Source of the DNA: Eledone cirrhosa
Lineage: Eukaryota
NCBI GenBank assembly: GCA_964016885.1
Contig: OZ024743.1
Location: 291,152,001 to 291,216,000, forward strand
Length of the DNA: 64,000 bases
Direction: 5' to 3'
Shown: one piece after another, positions 50,600-64,000 of the stretch
Position numbering within the stretch: the first letter of the stretch is position 1
How the letters are laid out: every line of letters begins with the position of its first letter
The notes under the pieces: generated by a model
Told to the model about the DNA's origin: nothing
The model's database searches: none
The model's input: the letters and a program-made list of their open reading frames with translations, nothing else
Program-made: the position numbers and the translations under genes

Positions 50600-52694
50600 T
50601 CAAAATATAACGAAGGAATATAGCAGATAAGAATCCATGTTCTTTAAATCGGAAACAATAGGCCGGCCGGCAATTTAGCAGCTTCTAGCTGCGTCGACTG
50701 CCCCCAATTGCTGATTCTAGATACTACTATCTGGTGTGGGGGCGCAAGCCTTTAATGTACTACTTCCATCCCGTCAGATGGAAATGTCAACGCTGAGGTC
50801 ACGCGTCAATCAGGCTGGTCAGGCATGCTCGATATTGCTGCGAAATATGTTTTTTCAAAGACAAACATCATCCGCAGAGACAGAAATAGAGATTAAAAAG
50901 GGAGAGAGTGTGTGGGAATGAAAGAGAGATAGAGAGTGATAGAGAGCGTAAAACAGAGAGAGAGAGAGAGTGGGAAAATGAAAAGCAGATTGACAGAGAG
51001 AGTGAGAAAGATAGAGTGTGTAATTGATATAGAGAGAAGGTGACACTTAACATAAGGGGGCTTTTATGAAGAAGTTTAGGTGTGATATATGTAGTCACGA
51101 TAAATTGTCAGGGTAGTATATATAGTAAAAATACACCCGTGCTAGCGGTCAATAATAACCAGCGACGACTGCGGGCCCCGCGCTAGCCACCTCCTCCCAC
51201 ATTCCAGCTGTTCCGAGTAATATCGTCTAGTGAAAGAAATGGAAATTAGTTTTTCCGAGCACTCCAAGAATGTAACTAACTTAGGCGTCGGTTGTGCCAG
51301 CGCGGAGCCCCCTATCGCAGGCTAGCCATTGTATATACCAAGCGGTTGCTATTATATCACACAGGATGGGGGTTTAGTTATGTGCTCGTAGGAAGAGGCA
51401 TGAAATAGCTAAGGGTTAGGAAATAAGGGTACTACTTGGCGGTCAATGTCGGCGGCGTGGCGAGTCCCAAGCCCGGCGAAGCCCGGGACGAAGCAGCTGT
51501 TCCAAGTAATTTTGTTTATCGAAAGAAGGTGAAATTTATTTTTCCAAGCACTGACGGAAGGCTAAAACGCCCGATTACCCGGCGCGCAGTCATGAAATCC
51601 GCCACATCCCTCGTATCATCGCGTGTTACCAGACGATTAATACTTATTCACACCCGTGGTGTGAGGTTGAAAGTAGTAAAACACGATGAAATGCACTAAT
51701 AGACTATATCTTGTCCCCAATTAGTCCAGGTTATATTAGTGTGGTTCTATGGTGGGTATGGGGAGTGAATAAGGAAACAGATATATGGGTACATAGAGTA
51801 ATATTCCAAGGTCGTGTGATAATGATCACAGAGGTAGTTATATTCTGGGAATAGAGAGAGTAGGTAAATACATAAGTAAAAGGAATAATAAGCAAAATAC
51901 AGCATAAAAAATAAAATGCCAAATAAGTACATAAATAAAACAATAAAAATACATGAATAAAATGCAGTCATAACCAGGGTGCTGATGCATGGAGTAAAAC
52001 GGAAGTATAGAGAACATATCGAGGAAATCAAAACACCGGGAAAATATAAACACGGGGGATATATAAGAAAGATCGAGGGACATTCGGATAATACAAGGTT
52101 ATACATATAGATATAGAGGATGGAAGAGAATGAGTGGTATCAGGTGATACCTGGTGTATGTTCGAGTATTAATATTCAACGTGGATCACAAATGCCCTGA
52201 AGCATTAGATAGAGAAATCAGTCAATACAATACACGCTATATTAGAATACGTAGAATTATTTAGAGGAATCACTGAGATCTGTGGGAGTCTGGATATTCC
52301 CGACATGGGAGCAGCGTGGACTAGCTGGGGGGGGGGGGGGGGGGGGTTAGGTAGACAAAGCTCTAAGCATCCAAAATCCGAAAGGTGTAAGATTAATTAG
52401 TCCCATACTGGCGATAGCCGTATACTGGAATCAGGGGCGCTGTTCATTATTACATCTGAAAGCGCTCGATATTTCTGGAGCATTATTTATTTGGGTTTGT
52501 TGGTTCACCACTGGATAGAAGTGGTCATTATGTGTGGTCAAGCACGATGTAATGCTATAGAAAGCATATTTGTTTTGACAAACCATATATATATTTATGA
52601 TTGTGGGTAAGTATATATGCGTGTGTTTGCGTGAGTGTTTATATATGTATGTATATATATATATATGAGTGTATATGTATATATATATATGTGA

Positions 52695-52748
<54 letters not shown>

Positions 52749-52749
<1 letters not shown>

Positions 52750-53010
52750 AATACATTAACAGAGAAAGCTTTAAGCAATACTCCGATCGACTTCCGTCTC
52801 ACCTTAGTATAATCCCAATTATACGTTTGGGGTGCAAACTATACGTATTTTGAGGATAGCTAGTTGTATTGTTTTATATGAGACATAATTAAATGCATCC
52901 CTCTTTCCAAACGATCGTTTCATTATAAGTTTTCTACAAGTTGGGAAAATAATGTCCAGGTTATGTAGTAGCCTACACATAGTCTATAGGAATATATTGC
53001 AGGTAGGCAA
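52749..53010. repeat. ~260-bp dispersed repeat; inverted copy at ~59943-60222
   Basis: AATACATTAACAGAGAAAGCTTTAAGCAATACTCCGA..CCTACACATAGTCTATAGGAATAT and its reverse complement. Confidence 0.85.
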
Positions 53011-53052
53011 TATCGGTATAAAAATATATATATACGCGAGTGTGTATATATG

Positions 53053-53093
<41 letters not shown>

Positions 53094-53116
53094 ATATATG
53101 TATGTATGCATATATG

Positions 53117-53179
<63 letters not shown>

Positions 53180-54026
53180 TCAGATGTATATGTATATGTA
53201 CATATGTGTGCGTATGTGTGTGTGTGTGTGTGCATATGTATATGTATATGTACATATGTGTGCGTATGTTGGTATGTATGTATATATATATGTATATAAA
53301 TTCTTAGAAGTCAAACAAAGTATTATATATAGTATTAAATTTGATGTTTTATATATACGTATACGAAACAAAAAATCTAAATAATTACAATATAGAAAAT
53401 AACAAAAACAAAAAATACCCAGTATAAATGGCTTCCGAGAAGGTTTATTGTTTTAGACGCTCTGATAACCGGATGTACTTGTCCTGAGTAAAACACAAAT
53501 GAGATAATTACTGCACATAGATGATAGCGGAAAGATAAACCAATTAGACTTTCATCTTATTAAAAGCTTGCATTGACGCTGTTTATCCTTCGGTGAACTC
53601 TCTTCTTTTAGTTTTTCAATGCCAATTGACCGTAAGTATCTAATATATAATGCAAATAAAAACAATTTCTGGCTATTTGACTTGTTTTGTTATTTAGCTA
53701 TAATTATTTATTTTGTATTTCGCTTTGATCGCATTGTAATCGAGGTGGAATTCGTTGCAATAATTTATTATCTTAGTCTGGATATTTGTTCATAGAATCG
53801 TAACCATTCCTAGCTTTGATGAATGGTGTGCTGTTATCTTATTGTTTTTTTCTTTTCATTTATATTGCATGGTTTCATATATTTCTTTGATCCATTGTTT
53901 TTGTCATATAAACATCTATTCTATTCCGGCAATTACAATCAAGCTATATATCACGAGATTGGTATATATTGGTTTGTTCGTTATATGTTATATATATATA
54001 AATAAATGAATAAAGAAATAGTTGTT

Positions 54027-54058
<32 letters not shown>

Positions 54059-54372
54059 GGTGTGGGTGTGGGTGTATTGAATGTGGGTGTGCATGTGTGT
54101 GTGTGTACATAGGTGAATGTGTGTATGTGTGTTTGCATGCAATTAATTATTTATATTTCGTTGTAAACGAAGCGTATTCTAAACATTTAATGAATTAATG
54201 AGATTTCTAGAACTTCATTCCATATTTTCCTCACAATATACTTATAGTGTTTCTAAGTGTTATGCTGCTTTTATTTGCCTTGAGAACGTATTTGTAATAA
54301 AACAAACGTGTAACGTGACAAGGTATTCTTCTAGAATTGTTTGGAAACCTGTAGTTCAGAACTTCCTCGCTA

Positions 54373-54655
<283 letters not shown>

Positions 54656-54656
<1 letters not shown>

Positions 54657-55200
54657 AAAATGTGATGTTGAAGATGTTAGGGTCCTTTATTAATTGAGCC
54701 GTTATACATATTTCAATGACGGTAGATATCGTGATTTCTTCAGACAGCAAACTATTGTTTAAAAGATATCATTTCCACGGAAGTTTTGGGTGGAAGGGAG
54801 CGGACTAAAAATGTGTGTTTTTGCTTTGAGTGCCCGCTCTCTTCTAATTTTCAGGACATCCCAACACTGCTTAGTCACAGGAGTGTGGGTGGATCACCAT
54901 TCAGCTACAACCGAGAAAACCTCCAACCTTATTTGTTCTCTCAATCTACCAGGCCCCCACCAATTCGGCCGACAACACTATATGGTCAGCGGGAGTTCAG
55001 ACTAGCCAAAATATATTTACTGCTACATTTGGGGGCCAGAAGAATTTAGTACATTCGTAGCCGCTACCCGTATATGGCGGAATAATATACCTTTTAACCT
55101 ATTTGTTCTATCTGAAGAAATCACGATATCTTTCGTCATTGAAATATGTATAGCGGCTCAATTAATAAAATACCCTATCATCATCAACTTCGCATTTTCC
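54656..55200. repeat. ~100-bp inverted repeats, each with an HHR (54698-54748 on - plausibly intact; 55107-55157 on + with weak stem I)
   Basis: Minus strand: GCTGT-CTGAAGA-AATcACG..CGTcATT-GAA-ATATGTAT-A/ACGGC. Confidence 0.78.
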
Positions 55201-55320
55201 TCTTTATTAATATACTCCGTCATCTTTGTTTTTAGGATGTTATATGACGCTGACTGCTAGAAGTGATTTGCATCCTTGCATACCGAACGTATGCATATAT
55301 ATACATATATATATATATAT

Positions 55321-55858
55321 ATACAATATGTAGAAAAGATAACACACTAGAGAGAGAGATAGTGCGCCACCAGTCAAACATGGAAAAACCACCAGTATAT
55401 GGAATCGATAGGCCATGGAAGGCAGAGTAGACACACAATAATTAAAAGTATAAATGAAAGTGTAAATACATACCTCGATAACTATCTAACACACACTTGT
55501 TCTTCAGAGACCACTGGTTACTGGGCACGCTGTAAATTCTTTCACCCACATGTGGTTGGACGGTCGCTTTAGATTCTCTTAGAGTTGTCTGAAATGTATA
55601 ACCTTACACACGCTGACGAACCATGGGCTAATCATTTCTGTCAACAACTTATTTGACGAAACAGATCTTTTTGGATTTGTACGTGTGTGTTAGATAGCTA
55701 TAGAGGTATGTATTTACACTTTAATTTATACTTTTAATTATTGTGTGTCTACTCTGCCTTCCATGGGCTATAGATCCCATACACTGGTGGTTTTTCCCTG
55801 TCTGACTGATGGAGTACTATCTCTCTCTCTAGTGTGTTATCTTTTCTACATGTTGTAT
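55321..55858. repeat. ~175-bp inverted repeats (55321-55496 / 55683-55858), PLE pLTR-like
   Basis: Reverse-complement match. The HHR cleavage site sits at the inner edge of the right arm. Confidence 0.87.
55606..55688 (+). ncRNA. Type I hammerhead with a ~20-nt insertion between A9 and stem II
   Basis: ACACACG-CTGACGA-[accatgggctaatcatttct]-GTCAA caacttat TTGAC-GAA-ACAGATC tttttg GATTTGT-A/CGTGTGT. Confidence 0.7.
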
Positions 55859-55932
55859 TATAAAGAGCTCTGGATTCCTTCTCCGTTGAGCACATTACTG
55901 ACTGGGAATAACGAGAGTCTATGGCTCCGTTA

Positions 55933-55998
<66 letters not shown>

Positions 55999-56389
55999 AG
56001 ATATATATATAAACACATATACACACACACACACGCACATATATATATAGATATATATACATACACACACATACACATATACGTAAATGCATATAAACGC
56101 ACGTATACACAAACATAGGCATACAATCGTACGGTCACTCATACAAATACGTACATACATACACTCATAAATATACACAAATACACACACTCATATATAC
56201 AGTATTAAGATGAAGTACACTCTACATGCGGAAAGAGTAAATAGGTAAGAAGTACTTACATGACCATAGTGCCGTGTTTCGGGTCGAGAGGGGGTAGGGG
56301 TAGGGTGGGAAGGAGGTGCAGGGGTATTTTGTCGAGTGGGGCTTAAAGAAAAGGGAATCTTTTTTTAGCCATCTGGCATTAACACTGGC

Positions 56390-56700
56390 TTAAGTTATTT
56401 GAAAGTTGCAAAGTTTTTGTGCATGCAATTCGGGCAGTGTTCAGAGAGTTTGTACAGTAGCGGGCCCTTGGCAAATTTTATTTCGTAGCTCTCTGAGATA
56501 CAAAGGTCGCAGCACTTGTGCTCTCCCTTGTATCAGCACGCTTTCTGGAGTATTTTCCATTTAAGCGTGACACGGGTGGAGTTTCTTTTGAGGTCCCAGA
56601 CATAGGAAGCGAGTGTTGTCTGATTTGATTTGTCCGATCTTCTGAAAAAATGGGTATGGCCATACCACCGGGTCTTAAAATTATTGTAAGTCATGCCGAT
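56390..56700 (-). mobile_element. PLE GIY-YIG C-terminal remnant related to the 45-46 kb ORF
   Basis: Minus frame gives GHTHFFRRSDKSNQTTLASYVWDLKRNS and EHCPNCMHKNFA, versus AHTHSFRSPDKSNQTTLAAHIWHLKRNS and EHSPNCMHKN. Confidence 0.82.
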
Positions 56701-58575
56701 ATAAGTATTTTTGTTGTTGCTATCATCGGTGCCTGGGATGACATCCCACCCATCCTGTAGACACCTGTCTTACAGGCATTGCTAGTCTAAGTGATAAACT
56801 AGGATTGGTATTCCAAATATGATTTTGTTTACAGTATTCTTCCTGCCTTTGTTAATACTATAGCTTTAAAACATTAGCTTTTAATGAACTCCCTTTTCTT
56901 TAAATCCATCAACCATTGACCACCACCCATCCCAATCCCTACCCTTTCCTACCACCAGAAAAGTAAATAAAGAAAATATATAAATACCACTACTTACTTG
57001 GACAGCCACCTCCCTGATGATTTCTCACGAATGAAACAGTTCTAGTCCTTTAGTTAATATAAAGCATTGTGATATATGTACTAGAACAACGATACATTCC
57101 ACAAAGCCTGCACAATATGGTAGAAAATAAAAAGGGTAAATGATTACAAATTCAAGAAAACAATTAAAGCAGGTTCCAATTGAAAATTTGACCCATTATC
57201 TCCTTGGTTCTCTCAAGAATTACAATGTTTTACTTTACACTTTCCTGGACACGTAGACAGCTCACAAGAAGTAATCAACAGACTAGAAGAATTAACCCCA
57301 CCTAACTTAGAAAGAATAGATGCCCATTTAGTTTAGAGGTTGTTTACCTCTACACCTGTGCACCTGCCCCAACCGGTGGCATTTTGGGATCAGATCGCAG
57401 AAACATAATATACATTGCGCAAGTTATTTTGCTGGACACTCTAATCCATCTACCTTGATTTCTGATATGTGACAATGTATTTCATGACACTTGATGCATT
57501 TTATAATATTATTTGATAGCGCTTGTTTTACCTATTCCAGAAGGGTGAAAGAGAAAATCCACCCAATTACACTTTGAACTATACATTTAGGTTAACAAAC
57601 TGAATTATTTTCCCACCATTGGTAATAACGTCACGATATGCCTGCCGGTTGTTGGGGCATAAAACAGAGTCAGATTGTGCTGTGGGACAGCAACGAATTA
57701 TAACATACTTTATTGCAGTATAGTCTTAAATGAGGAAAGGAACCTGTCTATTTGGCAGTGTATTGGGAACAATAATGAAGGCTCTCGCAAATTTGAGACA
57801 CGTTCCAAAAGCTTGATACAGGTTAGACTACGCTACATTCACCCAAAGGCTTGCTGGGAATGATAAAGTATATAATAGATTATGACTATGACCTAACATG
57901 TTTATACTCAGAATGCAAAGAGCCAATTTACTGCCGTAGATGGTATATTTTCTTATTCACTTCGGAGGGAGGAAAGTCATGTTGAGATCAGCAAGAAGTG
58001 AATATAGAGTGAAATCAGTCATTACAAACACATGACGGATTATATTTAACACTCTAATAATAGCCAATTCACTATTGTTGGAATTGTTTCTTACTGGAAA
58101 TTTTAAAGATGTTTTAAAGGTGTATGGGGATCAAATTGTCCTCACATTGATAATAAGCAGACCAGCAACTCTAATTCTGGGAACTATCAACTTATACTGA
58201 GAATATAATCTGATTGTATATCATCATATGTTATCAATGTTAATTATATGATAGCAGAATTTTATGATCTATTTAAATTGAAAAATGAAAACTAACATAT
58301 AATGACACATAAATCAAGTTTGAATTCATGAACCAGCAAATGCGAGAAATCTATGGAATATAATTAGCAAAATTGACTTTTTTATATACGCACACACACA
58401 CACACATAAACATACACACACACACACACATACACTCACATACACTCACAAACACACATACACACATACATACATACATATACACACACATGCATGCACC
58501 ACACACACACACATATATAATATATATATACATATAAATAACTAAATATATATGTATATATATATACATACATAC

Positions 58576-58619
<44 letters not shown>

Positions 58620-58713
58620 GTGTATGTATGTATGTACACACACACACATATATATATATATACTTATATATATGTATATATATATATATACAGAGAGAGA
58701 GAGAGAGAGAGAC

Positions 58714-58800
<87 letters not shown>

Positions 58801-59117
58801 AATTCATACATACAGGTTTATATCTATACATACATAATACATTGGAGAGTTTAGAATTATATTAAAGTAATAAAATGAAATTCCCAGCTATCATATGCAT
58901 CATTCTCCACTTGTAATTAATTACATAATAATACAAATCCTGAAATTATTGTAGGAATTCACATATATTAATTTAGAGAATGTATTAAACCTAATACGTA
59001 TTTCAAAAATAGAAAATCAAGTATAATTAAAAAAATGATATATACGAATATGGAACTTTCATTATGAAAAAGATCATATATCATTTCATATAATCTAACC
59101 AATCAACCAATAGAAAT

Positions 59118-59358
59118 GTGTTTGTGCCTGTATGTATGTGTCTTGCTACAGATAACAATAACAATGAGGGAACTCGTTGTTACGTTTATAACTACACAAT
59201 ACATGATTCTGTTAAACATGATTTAACAATATTGTTGGAATAATTTATCTCTGATATGGAACGTTGTATACACGCTTACACACACACTCACATACAAACA
59301 AGAACACACACAAACACACACTGACACACACACTGACACACACACTGACACACACACT

Positions 59359-59450
<92 letters not shown>

Positions 59451-59462
59451 CACACACACATG

Positions 59463-59495
<33 letters not shown>

Positions 59496-59585
59496 ATATA
59501 TATATAAATATATATATATATAATTTATTTTCGAATTTGTTTATCGAGATTCCTTATCTGGAAAAGTGTGTATATATATAAATAA

Positions 59586-59671
<86 letters not shown>

Positions 59672-59797
59672 ATTGTGTATTTATAGCTATGTATTTATAG
59701 TTATATAGTTATGTATTGTATAGTTATAAACGTAACAACGAGTTCCCTCATTATTATTGTTATCTCTAGCAAGACACATACATACAGGCGCAAACAC
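59118..59797. repeat. 77-bp inverted repeats around a microsatellite-rich spacer
   Basis: 59118-59194 is the reverse complement of 59721-59797. Confidence 0.85.
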
Positions 59798-60232
59798 GGT
59801 GTGAGATTCCTCTTTGTGAGACTGCTGGAATTTCAAATTTGGTGGTCACTCTAACACTGACGGGTTCCATCGCTGAATGCTAATATCGGTAGGGTTTTTT
59901 TTTATATCAATATTGTTGGGCATCCACTGATGATTTATAAGTGCCCACCTGCATATATTCCTATAGACTATGTGTAGGCTTCTACATAACCTGGACATTA
60001 CTTTCCCAACTTGTAGAACACATATAGTGAAACGATCGTTTGGAAGGAGGGGTGTATTTAATTGTGTCTCATATAAAATAATACAACTGTCTATCCGCAA
60101 AATACGTATAGTTAACACCCTAAACGTATAATTGGGATTATACTAAGGTATATCTTAATGTTTGTTGAGTGAGACGGAAGTCGGTCGGAGTATTGCTTAA
60201 AGCTTTCTCTGTTAATGTATTATATATCTATA

Positions 60233-60352
<120 letters not shown>

Positions 60353-60980
60353 ATATTTATTTATATATACACACACTTTTCCAGATAAGGAAAGTATATA
60401 TATATATATATTTAAAAGAATAGAGGTGTAACACACAATTTATGATATATTGGTAAACGGAAAAGAAAATGCTGACAAATTGTTCACAGTGAAAAATAGT
60501 TTAATTAGGAATAAGTGAGAATTAGTAATAGTATTGGTTAGTATTCAGTTTTGGTTTTAAGTTTTACAGGTTGCGCATTTCTAATGCTTTTCAAAAATAA
60601 TTTTGAGATAGAGCGTCCGTGATGTTTGCTCTCATCTGATTAGTTTTGGAAATTCTACCTGTTTTTATGTTAAAAAAAGTGGCTCCAGCGGTATTAAAAT
60701 AAGTTTTGCGCCAATTCGTGTTGCAAAAATTCTTGTGGTCAAAACAATTTTGATTGGTCGGTAGAGGTCATGTGAATGTTAAAAATTGATTTTGCGCCAA
60801 ATGTAGGTTTGTGTTGGCTGATTGAGAAGTCACTGAGAAATAAGTCTTTCAAAACAAATATGTGTGTGTGTGTATGTGTGTGTGTAGTAGTAGTAAATAG
60901 GTTCGTTATTGTGATATTGGTCAGCAGGGATGTGTGTGCGAACCGCAGCCTGTTGACAGTTCAAATGCCTATTAAGACAA

Positions 60981-61011
<31 letters not shown>

Positions 61012-61117
61012 GCAGAGTAATTCGTGGTAGAGGGATGGTCAGTAGGAATGTCTGTAAGTGTGTGGGGGATATTTTAACATGTTAAAAGATATTTTTCAGC
61101 TCTTGTCTTATACGGAG

Positions 61118-61216
<99 letters not shown>

Positions 61217-61477
61217 TGTGTGTGTGCGTGTGTGTGTGTATATGTCTCTTCTTATGTTAATGTACGCGTGTGTATGTGTGTGTGTATATATGTGTGTGCG
61301 TGAGAATATGTGTGTGTGTGTGTGTTTGGTTGGACCAGTATTTATTTCTGGTAAAATGGTGTACATTATACGATATTTTCATTAAAATCAAATTCTCTCA
61401 ATAGAACATCAAAAACCTTAATAATAAAAGGTGTGAAATGATATATAGTATTGGCATAATACCAAGGTGTGTGTGAG

Positions 61478-61751
61478 TGTGTCCAGATTGTACGTACTGC
61501 AAGGGGAACCTATTAGGCCTTGCCGTATTGGAATACTTGTGCACAAATATGTATCTGGAGTGTGTCCAGAAATTGTATACCTGTGCACAAACTGTATATG
61601 TGTGTACAAATTGTACACATGTATCTGGAGTGAGTCCAGAAATTGTATACCTGTGCACAAATATGTATCTGGAATGTGTCCAGATTGTACGTACAGCAAG
61701 GGGAATTCATTAGGCCTAGCCGTATTGGAATACTTGTGTACAAATATGTAT
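61478..61751. repeat. Compound minisatellite with TCTGGA-n5-TCCAGA hairpin units in the putative PLE 3' region
   Basis: ATGTATCTGGAGTGTGTCCAGA recurs. A ~75-bp block is repeated at 61478 and 61676. Confidence 0.75.
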
Positions 61752-61965
61752 GTGCCCATCAGTGTGCAATGCATGTGTACGTTTATGTATGTGTGTGTAT
61801 CGGCACGTTTATATCTATAGACATCAAAAGGTATGCAAATTTGTGTATATTTGTGTTGCAGCATAGAACATGTGTGTTTACGTATGTCATTGTGTTTATA
61901 TGTATGCTGATGTAGGTATGTATGTTGACGTGTGTATGTTGTGAGTTCATCTTAGGGAGAAGTGT

Positions 61966-64000
61966 TTAGACGGGGTCCGTATTTGTTAATAAAGTAAGAT
62001 TCCTTGCTGATGCGTGGGTGTGGGTGGCATTATCTTTAAATTTGTAGAGGGGAAAGCTTCTGAAGTTGGGATGATTTTGGGCGGCACAAGTATCAATGTG
62101 TTCACTCAGTGGTATTTTCCTGTATTCCCGTATTTTAATTTGGGATCTATGGACAGTCATGCGTTGGCGGAGGCTGTTTTTGGTCTGGCCTATGTATTGT
62201 TCTCGACAACCTGAGCAAGTTAATACATATATTAGATTTTCTGATGCGCATGTGAAATTGTGTTTTACTATAAAACGTTGTCCTTCTTTGAAATAGAATT
62301 CCGAACCCTCTTTTAGGTTGATGCAAATACCACAGTTGGGTCTATCGCATTTTTTTACTGTGGGTTTCGTTGTTGTGGTTTGGCAGTACTTTGTCATGTG
62401 TTAGGCTGTTTTCCATTCACTTAGATTGTCTTTTGCTCTTTATGATATCGTGTGTTCGTAGGATTTGGTTCATTCTATGGTCCTTTTTCAACACAGGGAT
62501 GTTCTGGAGGATGGTGTCAAAGGCCTCATTGTTGAAGGGGTTGTGTGTGGAGATGTATGGAAGACCTTTTAGTTTCGGTTGATTTACTTTAGGGTGTCTA
62601 AGGTCCTGGGTACTGAGTTTTAGGGCACGTTGGATTCCATTGTCAATTAGTGATGCAGGGTAGTCCCTGCCTATGAGTGTGTCCTTTAGTTCTTGTAGCC
62701 GTAAGTAGCAGGTGTTTTTATTGGAGACTATAGTACAGATTCTCTTGGCTAAGTTGTAGGGAATATTAATTTTAACGTGTCTAGGGTGGCAAGAGTTGAA
62801 AGGAAGATATTGCCTGGAGTCTGTGGGCTTGTAGTATATGTCTGTTTCTATTTTTTTCTTATGGATCTTAATGAGGATGTCGAGGAAGGGGAGTTGTTGA
62901 TGGCTGTATTCCATCGTGAAGTTAATATTCGTGTTGAGCCCATTTATAAGGGTGTGAAATTCTTTAAGCTTCTCGATGTTTTCGTGCCAAAGGATGAAGC
63001 AGTCATCTAGATATCGCTTCCACTCCTTTCTATGTGTAGGTGGAGAGTGTTTCCAAATTTGTTTAGGACTTTAGTGTAGAGGGTGATTTCCAGGTATCCC
63101 ATGACTATGTTGGCATAAGTGGGGGCTGTTTTCGTTCCCATAGTGGTCCCAGATTTCTGCTTGTAGGGTTTGTTATTGAAAACGAAATAATTGTTCTCCA
63201 AGATAAATATCACGAATTCTTTTTTGATGCGTTGTGGGAGTTCATTGTGGTAATTATCCAGCCAGAATTGGATAGCTTCTATTCCTAGGTTGTGGGGGAT
63301 TTGGGAGTATAGTTTGACTACATCGAACGTCACTAGTAGGGTTTGTTCAGAAAGTGGCATATTAGGGAGGTGATTGAGCATATCTAGGTCGTCCTTTATA
63401 TAGATCTTGATGTGTTTGAGAAAAGGCTTGAGAAGGGTATCAATGAAGTTGCTGAGGCGGTGGGTTTGGCAAGCGGGGCCTGCTATTATAGGTCTTAATT
63501 TAAGATCATTGGGTGAGGGGACATTGATGACTATATCTGTGTCTTCCTTGCATGCCTTACTTATTAATTCGCTTTCATGTTCTTTATGGATACCGTAGAA
63601 AAGGTTGGATTTACTTGTGAAGTCTGTGATGAAGCTGAATTCCTTGTTAGTGAGTCCTACTTTGTATTGGTTGATAAGAGTTTTTAGGTTTCTCATAATT
63701 TTCTGTTGATTGTAGTGTTCAGCCTTCTCGTAGTATGTTTAGTTTTCCAAAGTGGAGAGCGCTAAGTTGATATAGAATTATGTCTCCATTAGGACTACTG
63801 TCCTCCCTTTATCAGCCTCTTTAATTGTAATGATTCTGTCGGTTTTTAATCTATTTAATTCTTCCCATTCTTTCTTGTTGTGGTTTGGCTTGTGTTTTTT
63901 GTCTGTGCAAGTGTTGGTAAGGGAAGATTGTGATGTGTTCACAGAATTCGTCCAGGATTTTATTTCTACATTTTGATGGGGTGTAATTGCTTCTATTTCT
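61966..64000 (-). mobile_element. Neptune-like Penelope retroelement ORF (RT plus GIY-YIG), frameshifted, runs off the window
   Basis: LRPIIAG, FDVVKLY, GTTMGTKTAPTYAN, WKRYLDDCF, LPFLDI, YYKPTD..SCHP, Cys linker CDRPNCGIC, NLIYVLTCSGC..YIGQT..LRQRM..H. Confidence 0.92.

Noticed and set aside
60000-60046. HHR-like GAAACGATCGT motifs (also ~52910 and 22540)
   Set aside because: The palindromic stem III is present but CUGANGA is missing or corrupted, so they cannot be called ribozymes.

Overview
This is a eukaryotic, intergenic/intronic window made almost entirely of retroelements and microsatellites. No host protein-coding gene is convincingly present. The (TA)n/(CA)n/(TTA)n load and SINE types suggest a coleoid cephalopod such as Octopus (inference only). 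1-21.4 kb holds four decayed Tx1/L1-clade LINEs and five R4/Dong-type RLE LINEs stacked in one (TAA)n tract. 21.4-34 kb and 43-64 kb hold Penelope-like element (PLE) debris inserted in (TA)n: a 4.5-kb fold-back PLE, a Neptune-like PLE at the right edge, GIY-YIG remnants and about ten inverted-repeat cassettes. The most notable signal is a dense set of hand-foldable type I hammerhead ribozymes (HHR) from several unrelated families. One sits in non-coding ~434-442-bp head-to-tail units, each with an ATGCAAAT octamer ~90 nt upstream of a minimal HHR, i.e. a candidate animal retrozyme/circRNA-producing family that carries PLE-type inverted ends. 34.4-43 kb is more unique, with tRNA-derived SINEs and weak minus-strand splice signals. 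Coordinates were read by eye and may be off by a few nt.
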